The notes under the pieces are model-generated. The model worked only from the letters and a program-made list of their open reading frames with translations. It made no database searches and was not told where the DNA came from. The position numbers and the translations under genes are program-made. Of a DNA stretch of 64,000 bases, positions 1 to 8,804 are shown piece by piece. Within the stretch, counting starts at the first letter, position 1. Each line of letters starts with the position of its first letter. Source of the DNA: an uncultured delta proteobacterium (GTDB taxonomy: Bacteria; Desulfobacterota; Desulfobacteria; Desulfobacterales; QNYZ01); assembly GCA_963845145.1 (NCBI GenBank), contig CAWJQU010000005.1:224001-288000 (forward strand), read 5' to 3'.

Positions 1-1452
1 CTCCAGAAATTGTTTAGAGCTGTTTCGAACGTTGTATACCAACCGGTGAATCACCTTTCCATCTTCCGTGAAGAGTGTAACGATATTGGCCGAATCGATC
101 GTGGCGGTTGGCACGGAGATTTTCTGATGCTTTTTTATATCAAGAACCAGACTGAACGGGTGTTTCAGGTATCGAAATGCGTGGATCATCGGTTTAACCG
201 ATTTATTGTAAAGTGCAGAAGGCAATTTTTGTACGGCAATCTTTTCGAGTTTGCTGGTCTCTTTTATATTGACCTCGGCACTGGTATTGAGCTCAATGCC
301 GATAAAACCGGTTTCTCGTATCGTGTTGAGCGTGCGCATCCCTGAAAAACCATTGGTGACACTTTTTTCCGACAATGGTTTTTCCGATAAAATTGAGATC
401 GAAGTATTTCCTTTTCTCCCATAGGTAAACGGAATATGAATAAGCCGCTGATTATCCCTGACAACCTCCTGCCATTCACCAACGCCATCCCCGAAGACCC
501 TGAGGATATTAATATCTTTCGGAATTTGCAGTTGAACACTGTCAATCTCACTATGTAAAATATTATACATCACTTCAGAATTGATTTTTAATACATCATC
601 ATCGATCAACATCAGATGAGAGACTTTGCTGTATATCTTAGGAGGGATTTTTTCACTGGGCGCGAGTTGTTTTTTCCATTGGATACTTATGGAACCATTC
701 GGGGGAATAGTCGCTGACACCCGGGTGATATCGTCTTTAACACTTGATAACATCTGCTGGGCCTGGGGAATTTCGATATCGATACCCTTTAGGGGCAATT
801 CAAGGCTCAATAAGGTGATCGGTGTTTGTTGAATCGGCAGATGAATTTTGTTCATCCCTTTCTCTATCGCCGTTTTCATGGAAAATGTGACCGTCGCGGT
901 AAAGTCACCTTTTTCTGAAAGCACAATATGATGAAACCCATTTTCACTGACGACAAGAGGCGCCTGACCATTTACGATGATATCTTCCAGGGCTATATGC
1001 AGGGGCAGTAAAGGAATTTTTAGATATTTATCATCTTTTAATACCTGCAGGTTAAATGTACCTGTAAAGGACATATACCCTTTTTCCAGCTTGCCCTTAT
1101 AAAAGGCCTTGGTGATTAAATAATCAAATGGCGGGACGATGGTTGTTGACTTTTCAACGGGCGTCATGCCGGCTACAAATTTATTGAATTCGTCTTTTGT
1201 GAGCACCACCTGCCCCTGGTGTAACGTATGGGCAGGCGTGACAGTAATTTCCGTATACGCCAGAAGTTTTTGAAATGTTTCCATGGATAAAACCACTTCA
1301 TCCTTATCCAGGGGCAGCAACGCCTTAAATTCCTTCCATGGTATTGTCAACTGGCTACCTTCCTTTGTCTCTTCTGATGCATAAGCAGTTACACAGATCG
1401 ATATCGCTATGATGACGATTCCGAGAATACGGACTAAACGATTGTTGACCAT
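1..1452 (-). CDS. Large secreted hypothetical protein, runs off the window start
   Basis: Manual translation from ATG at 1452: MVNNRLVRILGIVIIAISICVTAYASEETKEGSQLTIPWKEFK (signal-peptide-like). Absent from the ORF track, consistent with no stop inside the window. Confidence 0.7.
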   Translation of the reverse strand, partial: MVNNRLVRILGIVIIAISICVTAYASEETKEGSQLTIPWKEFKALLPLDKDEVVLSMETFQKLLAYTEITVTPAHTLHQGQVVLTKDEFNKFVAGMTPVEKSTTIVPPFDYLITKAFYKGKLEKGYMSFTGTFNLQVLKDDKYLKIPLLPLHIALEDIIVNGQAPLVVSENGFHHIVLSEKGDFTATVTFSMKTAIEKGMNKIHLPIQQTPITLLSLELPLKGIDIEIPQAQQMLSSVKDDITRVSATIPPNGSISIQWKKQLAPSEKIPPKIYSKVSHLMLIDDDVLKINSEVMYNILHSEIDSVQLQIPKDINILRVFGDGVGEWQEVVRDNQRLIHIPFTYGRKGNTSISILSEKPLSEKSVTNGFSGMRTLNTIRETGFIGIELNTSAEVNIKETSKLEKIAVQKLPSALYNKSVKPMIHAFRYLKHPFSLVLDIKKHQKISVPTATIDSANIVTLFTEDGKVIHRLVYNVRNSSKQFLE

Positions 1453-1654
1453 TTTGTTTCCCCCTGTTTTTTGAGCCTATTGTTTTGATTTGATTTATGG
1501 CTCACAAATGCCACAGGTTGATTTGCTTGTTGTTATGGGTCCGTAAAAGAGTTGTAAAAATAATGTAAAGGGCTTTTTTACCATGGGCTCATATGGTCAG
1601 ATGGTTTTATCAATGCTATAGAACTGTCTAAATTATAAATAAAAAAGGATTACC

Positions 1655-2254
1655 ATGAAAAAAATTCTAATCGTTTATGACAGTGGATATGGTGCGACAA
1701 AAACGGTTGCAGGTATTATCGAAAAAAGCTTCATAAAAAATGGATTTGGCGTCGATTCTCTCCCGGCGGGTTCCCATCAATTTGATGACTATGATGCAGT
1801 TCTTGTGGGCAGTCCCATTCATGTTGGGAAATGTTCCGGCAAAATATCAAAATTCTTAAAAGACAATTGCCACTTGTTGCGTGAAAAGCCTTTGGCATTT
1901 TTCTTTACATGCATGAGCGTCACGCAAAATAAAGATATTAAAAGCACTTCACTATTTGTTGATCCAGGGTTTAATCTTTTGGATGGACCATCTAGAAAAT
2001 TGAATTTTATGGAAAAAAAACATACGTCTTCATTTTATTTCCAAAATTTAAAAAAGTTAATAGGTGAACAGACCCCTGTCGGCCTGGCCTTTTTTAAGGG
2101 AAATTTGGTTTTAAGCGATCTTAGTCTCATGCACTGGTTTGTTATGAAACTTGCCATGTTTTTTATGCCTGAAATCAAGGAGGGTCGGTTTGTCAATCCA
2201 GAAACTGTCAATAAGTGGTCCGATAATTTGGCAGCTGTTTTCAGAGAAAAATAA
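1655..2254 (+). CDS. Flavodoxin-domain protein (HemG/Flavodoxin_5-like)
   Basis: IVYDSGYGATKTVA FMN-binding loop; YDAVLVGSPIH. Confidence 0.8.
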   Translation: MKKILIVYDSGYGATKTVAGIIEKSFIKNGFGVDSLPAGSHQFDDYDAVLVGSPIHVGKCSGKISKFLKDNCHLLREKPLAFFFTCMSVTQNKDIKSTSLFVDPGFNLLDGPSRKLNFMEKKHTSSFYFQNLKKLIGEQTPVGLAFFKGNLVLSDLSLMHWFVMKLAMFFMPEIKEGRFVNPETVNKWSDNLAAVFREK

Positions 2255-2444
2255 AAAATAGGCACCGAAAATTTTCTGGGGTCTGAATGGGGAACAGGGC
2301 GCCTAAGCGTATAGTTTGCGGCAGAATTTTATCAAGCCACTGCCGGAGGTCGTCACCATATAGTCCCAGGCCGCGCATCTAACGGCATTGATCGTAACGG
2401 GCCGGTCGCTATCTGAAGGTAACAGGCTCCTCGGAGGAAAATCG

Positions 2445-3173
2445 ATGACGAGTACAGACCTATGTTTTGACATTAAGCGTCAACCGGACGACACGGCCTG
2501 CGGCCCGACATGCCTGCATGCTGTTTACCGCTATTACGGCGACTCCATTGGACTTCCTGAAGTGATTTCCGAAACCCTTCAGTTGACCGGCGGCGGAACC
2601 CTCTCGGTCTGGCTGGCCTGCCATGCCCTGCAACGTGGGTACCAGACCACGATTTTCCCTTACAACCTGCAGATTTTTGATCCTACCTGGTCCGGTTTCC
2701 CCCCCGAAACCATTGCACAAAGACTCAAACGCCAACTGGATTGGAAAGGAGAGATACCCGGTTTCAGGCGCGTAACCAACGCTTACCTTGACTACATAAG
2801 GCTGGGGGGTGAGCTGAAATTCGAGGTGATGACAGCGGCTCTTATCCGGAGATACTTGAAAAAATCGATACCGATACTGACTGGATTAAGCGCAACATAC
2901 CTGTATGGTACCGCAAGGGAGGCTGATGTGGATGGCCAGTGCGTGTTCGATGATGTGCGTGGCGAATCGGTCGGCCATTTCGTGGTTTTGGCCGGATACA
3001 ATCGCGAGAATCGCACAGTTTTGGTTGCAGACCCTTTTGTACCCAACCCCGTTGCGCCAAGCCGTTTCTATCCCGTCAACATTTATCGGTTAATTTGCGC
3101 AATTATGCTCGGCATCCTGACCTATGATGGCGACATGCTCATCATCAGGAAAGGAAAACAGAAAAAAACATAG
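2445..3173 (+). CDS. Peptidase C39-like protein
   Basis: QPDDTACGPTCL (catalytic Cys), GHFVVLAGY, VADP; GGAGG RBS before ATG 2445. Confidence 0.8.
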   Translation: MTSTDLCFDIKRQPDDTACGPTCLHAVYRYYGDSIGLPEVISETLQLTGGGTLSVWLACHALQRGYQTTIFPYNLQIFDPTWSGFPPETIAQRLKRQLDWKGEIPGFRRVTNAYLDYIRLGGELKFEVMTAALIRRYLKKSIPILTGLSATYLYGTAREADVDGQCVFDDVRGESVGHFVVLAGYNRENRTVLVADPFVPNPVAPSRFYPVNIYRLICAIMLGILTYDGDMLIIRKGKQKKT

Positions 3174-3327
3174 GAGACCGGCGCATATGATTTTCGACTT
3201 AGAAGAAATTTCTTAACCGTGAAAAAGGGGTGTGAAAAAAGGGGTCGCCAAGCTAACATACAGAATTTACATTTTATTCATTCCAAAACCATAAGCTTTT
3301 ACCTTCTATGAGGCACCCCATGATGAC

Positions 3328-4458
3328 CTATATGAACCGCTTCATGATCGAATCCACAATGCTGTCCGTGTTATCCGGGGTGGCCCCCAATTCTATGCAC
3401 ATTTGTTCAGCATAACCACGTTTCACCGGGTCATTGAGATCCTTAACCAGGGACAGACGGTGACTGCGCCTGCCAATGGAAAAGACCATCTGTTTGTGTG
3501 GACTGAGTTGCAGGAACTCACGAACTGGCGCTACCATCTTTTCCTTGTCCTGGGGAAGTTGGCCATCAATCTCTGAGAACAAATTCAGCACATGGTCGCT
3601 TTTTAGGGTACTCCCGATCCCCTTTAATGCCTCTAAAAATAGAAGCAGTTCCTGAGCCGTCTCCACATCCCCCATTTTGTCAAAATCACCCTTCTCGTAC
3701 TGTTCCGTCAGCGGGGTGCCGTTGGGCAGGGCCAATGTCCGCAGGCGGATGAAGTCCGGGTTGATCTGATTTAGTGCATCCGCGGTCTCCAGGGCATTTT
3801 CCCGGAGCAGGCTCCGCCCACCTAAACCCGGCATATAGTATTCCGATAGTTCCATGCCGGCTTTTTTAACCTTTTGGCCGGCCCGAATCTGGGTTGCCTT
3901 ATCCGAACCTTTTTTAACCCTTTGCAATACCATGTCCGATCCCGATTCCATACCGATGTGAATTCGATTCAAACCAGCCTCGGCGATGCGTTTAAGATCA
4001 TCATCCCCAATTCGGGCAACAGTATGGGAACGTGCGTAGGAGGTCACACGATCCACCTCGGGAAACGCCTTTTTAAGATGTTCCAGAATACATACCAGGT
4101 CATCGGGTTTGATGACCAGGCTGTTGCCGTCCTGAAGGAAAATCGACTTCATTCCGTTGGCCACAAAACTGCGGGCCGCATATAGCGCTTGGGAATCTGT
4201 GACATCGCCATTTTGGGAAAAACGGCCATCAAGGCCTCGGGTTTCCAAGATCGCCTTAACATAGAAATGGACCTGTTCGATATCTTTCAAGACATGTTCG
4301 ACTGGCCGCAGGCTGAACTTCGTTCCCTTGTATACAGGACAGAAGGTACACCGGTTCCAGGGGCAGTTACGGGTGATGCGTATGAGCAGGCTCCCGGCTT
4401 CACTGGGCGGGCGAATAGGCCCTTGCTCAAATCCGGTATAGGGTTCGATCTTTTTCAT
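3328..4458 (-). CDS. Radical SAM protein
   Basis: IRPPSEA and CPWNRCTFC (CxxxCxxC). Confidence 0.85.
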   Translation of the reverse strand: MKKIEPYTGFEQGPIRPPSEAGSLLIRITRNCPWNRCTFCPVYKGTKFSLRPVEHVLKDIEQVHFYVKAILETRGLDGRFSQNGDVTDSQALYAARSFVANGMKSIFLQDGNSLVIKPDDLVCILEHLKKAFPEVDRVTSYARSHTVARIGDDDLKRIAEAGLNRIHIGMESGSDMVLQRVKKGSDKATQIRAGQKVKKAGMELSEYYMPGLGGRSLLRENALETADALNQINPDFIRLRTLALPNGTPLTEQYEKGDFDKMGDVETAQELLLFLEALKGIGSTLKSDHVLNLFSEIDGQLPQDKEKMVAPVREFLQLSPHKQMVFSIGRRSHRLSLVKDLNDPVKRGYAEQMCIELGATPDNTDSIVDSIMKRFI

Positions 4459-6164
4459 TTTTTCTCCTCTAACTTCTGTCTGATGGCTGCAAACATGCCG
4501 TGCAGGTCATCTTCCGAATAGGGGACGGTTTCATGATAGGGTGGCAGGGATTCCTGGTGGAACATGTCCGGAAGGCGGTCATCTTTTCCGGTCAGCCCGG
4601 CACGGCAATTAAAATCGATTTCTGCTGTCAGGCAACGCAGGCCGAGCGCTTGCCACTCCTTGGGACCGAATGGTTGCCCGGAAAGTGCCGCGACAGCACC
4701 CAGAAGATTATTCATCCCGCCGGATTGAGCAAACATGCACAACCCCATGCTGTCCACTGCCGCCATATGGGTTTGGGAGGATTGGGATGCATTTATGAGT
4801 GTGTGGGCAGGCCCACGCGCACCACCCACAAATCCGGCAGTGTGATCCCCCCCCATGGGAGAGGTGGCATAGGTCACCCCCATTCCGGGCATGGCCCGGG
4901 GATCGTAACCGGCAATGCTCTGCCCTTTAATCGTGGGGACCCTCGAATGGTTATAATAGCGGCCCACGGCATCGGGCCCTTGGCCGATCAGCCGTCCCAG
5001 CTTTGTACCTTTTGCAACAGATGCGACCGTTTTTATTGCAGCCTCTGAATCGCCAAAAGCAATGACACCGGCGTCCATGGCCACTGCCAGGGCGACCCCG
5101 GTGTTCATCGTGTCCAGTCCGATATCATCACACAGAAAGTCGAGACGGGCGATGGCGTCGAGATCATCAATACCGGTCATGGCACCCATCGACCATAGGG
5201 TTTCGTATTCCAGGGCCGAGGTAATGGGCTTCCCGGACGTATCCACGTAAACATTGGAACAATGAATGACACATTGACTGCACCCTTTATGGGTGGTTTT
5301 ACCGCCTCGTTGTTTGATCGTATCCGCCAGGGTGTCGCCGTTTATTCGGTCCGCGCCCTCGAAGCTTCCCTCCCGGGCGTTGCGCGTGGGAAGTGCCCCT
5401 GAGGCGTCTGTATTGGCCAGGATGCTGGCTGTTCCGAATTTGGGGAGCACCCCACCACTCCATCCGTCTTGTTTTATCGCGGCCGCAAATCGTTTGGATA
5501 TTTCCTTAAAGGCAGCTGGGTCGGCAATCTGCTTTACCTCTTTCCCCTGCCTCGATACAATCAGGGCCTTTAACCCCTTGGATCCCATGACCGCGCCGAG
5601 GCCGCCCCGCGCCGCTGCCCGGCATGGCTTCCCATCGGAATCAGTGGTCTGGATGGAGGCGCCCGTCAGCAGCATTTCCCCTGCCGGGCCAATGGAGGAA
5701 ATAGCGTTTTTTTCGCCGAACACGTTCAACAGACGTCCGGCCACCGCGTAGTTTCCCATCCCAAGGCAATCCCTGGCTTCCTTTAGCGAGGCCTGGCCGT
5801 TGGCATCGATCACTAAATGGAACAACTCACCTGCCGGGGCCGCCCCTTCAATGATCACCGCACGGATACCATGCCGAGAGAGCGCATGGGCCATGGTCCC
5901 GCCCACATTGCTCTCCTTGATGCCGCCCGTCAGGGGACTTTTGGCCCCGATAGAAAGCCTTGCCGTGTTCACCAAAGGGGTCCCGCCTAAAAACCCGGGG
6001 GCGAAAATCAGAAGATTGTCTTTTCCCAAGGGGGCACAGTCTGCTGGGACATGATCGTTGATTAAGACCGAGGTCAATCCGCGCCCGCCAAGACCGACGA
6101 ACGGTTCGGGGATCGGTTCTTCGGATATCAAGCCAGACGTCATATTAACGCGAATAAACGTCAT
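4455..6164 (-). CDS. aor: Aldehyde:ferredoxin oxidoreductase family (W/Mo-pterin)
   Basis: KSPLTGGIKESNVGG, RGGLGAVMGSKGLKA, CSQCVIHC, EYET, CDDIGLDT. Confidence 0.9.
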   Translation of the reverse strand: MTFIRVNMTSGLISEEPIPEPFVGLGGRGLTSVLINDHVPADCAPLGKDNLLIFAPGFLGGTPLVNTARLSIGAKSPLTGGIKESNVGGTMAHALSRHGIRAVIIEGAAPAGELFHLVIDANGQASLKEARDCLGMGNYAVAGRLLNVFGEKNAISSIGPAGEMLLTGASIQTTDSDGKPCRAAARGGLGAVMGSKGLKALIVSRQGKEVKQIADPAAFKEISKRFAAAIKQDGWSGGVLPKFGTASILANTDASGALPTRNAREGSFEGADRINGDTLADTIKQRGGKTTHKGCSQCVIHCSNVYVDTSGKPITSALEYETLWSMGAMTGIDDLDAIARLDFLCDDIGLDTMNTGVALAVAMDAGVIAFGDSEAAIKTVASVAKGTKLGRLIGQGPDAVGRYYNHSRVPTIKGQSIAGYDPRAMPGMGVTYATSPMGGDHTAGFVGGARGPAHTLINASQSSQTHMAAVDSMGLCMFAQSGGMNNLLGAVAALSGQPFGPKEWQALGLRCLTAEIDFNCRAGLTGKDDRLPDMFHQESLPPYHETVPYSEDDLHGMFAAIRQKLEEKK

Positions 6165-6294
6165 TGGTTACCTCATTAAATGTTCGAACCTGCCTACTGT
6201 ACCAGGGTGTAACGTCATTTCAACATTATTTGTGTTGAAAGGTAGCCTTGAATTGCATTTATGCAGGATAGTTAAGAATGAGGGAAAAAACAAG

Positions 6295-6327
6295 AAGTGA
6301 CTACTGCCCAAAATGAGCGTAGTCACT
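6295..6327 (-). terminator. Hairpin downstream of the tRNA-Arg fragment
   Basis: AGTGACTAC...GTAGTCACT inverted repeat. Confidence 0.5.
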
Positions 6328-6336
6328 GATATTGTT

Positions 6337-6381
6337 TGGTACGCCCGTCAGGATTTAAACCTGCGACCTACGGATCCGAAG
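6337..6381 (-). pseudogene. 3' half of tRNA-Arg(TCG), probable att site
   Basis: Reverse complement CTTCGGATCCGTAGGTCGCAGGTTTAAATCCTGACGGGCGTACCA runs from the anticodon loop to CCA; T-loop mutated; 5' half absent. Confidence 0.8.
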
Positions 6382-6494
6382 AGTATCCGTTTGAAAGTTG
6401 CAAATGGTTGTATTCTTGACAACTTGTAATCAAAACAAATTTTCCGAGTGTTTTTAGTTTCGTTTGAAAATGCTTGGAAAAATTTGACCTTGAC

Positions 6495-6512
6495 GGGCAC
6501 AATTTGGGCACA
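6495..6512. repeat. GGGCACA direct repeat, possible integrase arm-type site
   Basis: GGGCACAatttGGGCACA about 115 bp inside the att-like fragment. Confidence 0.45.
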
Positions 6513-6550
6513 GTAAAGGGCGAAGGAATTTTAGTCCCCTGCCCTCGATA

Positions 6551-6748
6551 GCCTAACAAACCTATAAAACCATTCAATCGACATCATCTGAAAAAATGGA
6601 CTTCCCATCGTTACCGCATCAAAGTACGAGGTAAAACGCTCCCTCGAATTCGATCCGCCATTGCCTGCCGCCCCATTTCCTGCCCATTGATTGTCCTTAT
6701 CAGATTTCAACTCCAGCTTTAATCATTATTACTCAAATCAAGATTTGA
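6551..6748 (-). pseudogene. Degenerate 5' fragment of the RAYT-type element with TIR (TIR split by IS110)
   Basis: Decayed ..WRIEFEGAFY..GNDGKSIFSDD; TIR TTATTACTCAAATCAAGATTTGA at 6726-6748. Confidence 0.8.
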
Positions 6749-6976
6749 TAATCATATAAAGGTCTGGAGGTCGATCAGATTATATAGGGAAGTAGTAGGT
6801 AAAGTATTGCTCGTCAAGCGTGGCATTTTCCTGACGGAACGCTGGCGCTAAATGCCACTACGGCCCGACAAGCTGGAAATAAAGACACCTCCCTAACCAT
6901 GGCAAGTGATGCGATGCTATGGTACCAGTAATGCATGATGCATTAACATTTATCTTTTGGATTTAGGAGGTGTCTG

Positions 6977-7993
6977 ATGGCAACATATGCTGGAATCGAT
7001 CTGCATTCAAGTAATAATTATTTAGGTATTATCGACGATAATGATCAACGGCTCTACGGTCGGCGGTTACCCAACGATTTGAATCAAATTTTAGCGGCGC
7101 TTGATCCGTTTCGGGATACCCTGGAAGCAGTGGTCGTCGAATCGACTTTTAACTGGTACTGGCTAGTAGACGGATTACAAGAACATGGATACAAATTGCA
7201 TTTAGCCAATCCTTCAGCCATGGTGCAATATAGCGGGTTAAAACATACCGATGACCAATCCGATGCGTATTGGCTGGCGCATATGAAACGATTGAACCTA
7301 TTGCCTGAGGGTTACATATATCCGAAGAAAGACCGGCCGGTGCGAGATTTAATGCGTCGAAGGCTTTTATTTGTCAAGCAGCGAACGTCTCAGATCTTGA
7401 GTCTAAAAAGCATGGTTTACCGTAACCTGGGCCAACGGATCGGAGTCAACCGGATTAAGCAGTTAAAAGAAGAAGATACCGATGAGATGTTTAAGGCCCC
7501 TCATTTAGCGATGGCTGCCGGTCACAGTATTGCGACGATCCGTTTTCTGGGTGAACGGATCCAATCCATGGAAAAGGCGATCCTTGGAAAAGTGAAGCTG
7601 AGACCCGCGTTCGGTTATCTGTTAACGCTACCTGGGATTGGCAAGATCCTGGGACCAACCATCATGCTCGAAGTCGGGGATATCAGCCGGTTTCAAAAGG
7701 TGGGTAATTACACATCTTATTGTCGCTGTGTCAAAAGTGAAAGGTTATCCAATAACAAATGCAAGGGAACGGGAAATCGCAAGAACGGTAACCGGTATTT
7801 GTCTTGGGCGTATGTGGAGGCCGCGCATATTGCCGCTCGCTACAATATAAGCGCTCGCAGGTTTTACCAACGCAAAAAGGCCCGCACGAGTTCAACCGTG
7901 GCGGTAAAAGCGTTAGCCCACAAGCTGGCCCGGGCTTCGTATTACATCATGCGTGATCAGGTCCCTTTTGATGAGGGAAAGCTTTTTAGATAA
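6977..7993 (+). CDS. IS110-family DEDD recombinase/transposase
   Basis: GIDLH, VVVEST, KHTDDQSDA, LPGIG, SERLSNNK, KNGNRYL. Confidence 0.95.
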   Translation: MATYAGIDLHSSNNYLGIIDDNDQRLYGRRLPNDLNQILAALDPFRDTLEAVVVESTFNWYWLVDGLQEHGYKLHLANPSAMVQYSGLKHTDDQSDAYWLAHMKRLNLLPEGYIYPKKDRPVRDLMRRRLLFVKQRTSQILSLKSMVYRNLGQRIGVNRIKQLKEEDTDEMFKAPHLAMAAGHSIATIRFLGERIQSMEKAILGKVKLRPAFGYLLTLPGIGKILGPTIMLEVGDISRFQKVGNYTSYCRCVKSERLSNNKCKGTGNRKNGNRYLSWAYVEAAHIAARYNISARRFYQRKKARTSSTVAVKALAHKLARASYYIMRDQVPFDEGKLFR

Positions 7994-8000
7994 TCAGTTT

Positions 8001-8307
8001 GGATGCGGCCGAGAACCGGGATAGGTGTTGGTTAAAAACCAAAAGGTTTGATTGGTATTGGCCGCATCCTTAAAAAAAACAGCCGGTAATTGTTTTGTTA
8101 ACTTGATTCGCCCATGCCGTGAGTCCACAAGGTGTTGGTTAAAAACCATTAGATTTGTCATCTTTTCAATTGAACACGGTATGGAACCGAAGATTTTCTG
8201 GTCCGCCGATGGCGGAAAGGGCCTTGTTTTAAGCGTTGCACAGATAAAATGCAAATATTGCTTAAACACAATCGCCTTGAACCTGATGGGTGACTGGTGC
8301 GGATCAG
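8001..8307 (+). ncRNA. Predicted bridge/seek RNA with two target loops and one donor-type loop
   Basis: Stems 8001-8010/8060-8069, 8112-8121/8175-8184, 8198-8206/8299-8307; internal-loop sequences match the insertion site and the element right end. Confidence 0.7.
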
Positions 8308-8475
8308 TTTTTAGCTGATGCGTAGCCTATTACAAAGAAGTAGCGGGTGCGAACAGGTGACAAAAACGAGGCTGTGTATTTGTACGCAAATCAGGTCAAT
8401 AGAAAAAAGTTAATTTTTTTCCGTAGGAGAGGTGTTTTTTCTCTTGTCCTAACCTTTAATGGGTGACACCATTCC

Positions 8476-8772
8476 TCACCCCGTTGATATGCCGCATACA
8501 GCGGGCCAGCTTCGCATCCGGGGTCTACGAGCAGATGCTAATGGGTCGGCATTAAACAGTAAGCGGATACCTTCAAGTTAAACAGAGTTGTAGTCTCTTG
8601 CAAAATATCTAAAAAGAGGCCAATATCCTTTTTGTCGATAAACAGCTCTTGCCCACGACAGGCACGGTTCACCACATGGTACCAGACATTGGGGTATTGG
8701 ATTCTTAGGGGCCGTGACATCGTTGGATACTATCAGGCAGAAAAAGAAAGGTCGAACAGAGACTTGACCCCC
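8476..8772 (-). pseudogene. Truncated second-type RAYT (Y1 HUH) transposase with its end motif
   Basis: MSRPLRIQYPNVWYHVVNR..YCLMPTH*HLL..MRHINGV; end motif AGACTTGACCCC at 8760-8771. Confidence 0.8.
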
Positions 8773-8804
8773 ACTCTTTTCAAACAAAATCTAAGGAGAT
8801 CTCA

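Larger units (their letters stand above)
6749..8466 (+). mobile_element. IS110-family, IS1111-type element
   Basis: Sub-terminal IRs CATATAAAGG (6753-6762) / CCTTTAATG (8453-8461); TGA at both junctions; long 3' non-coding region; removing it restores a RAYT TIR. Confidence 0.8.

Noticed and set aside
8023..8148. 19-nt direct repeat as a mini-CRISPR
   Set aside because: Only two copies, no cas genes, and both sit within larger hairpins of the IS non-coding RNA.
6884..8470. GACACC direct repeats as the IS110 boundaries
   Set aside because: Boundaries 6749/8466 explain the sub-terminal IRs, the guide matches and the restored TIR; the 6884 match looks coincidental.
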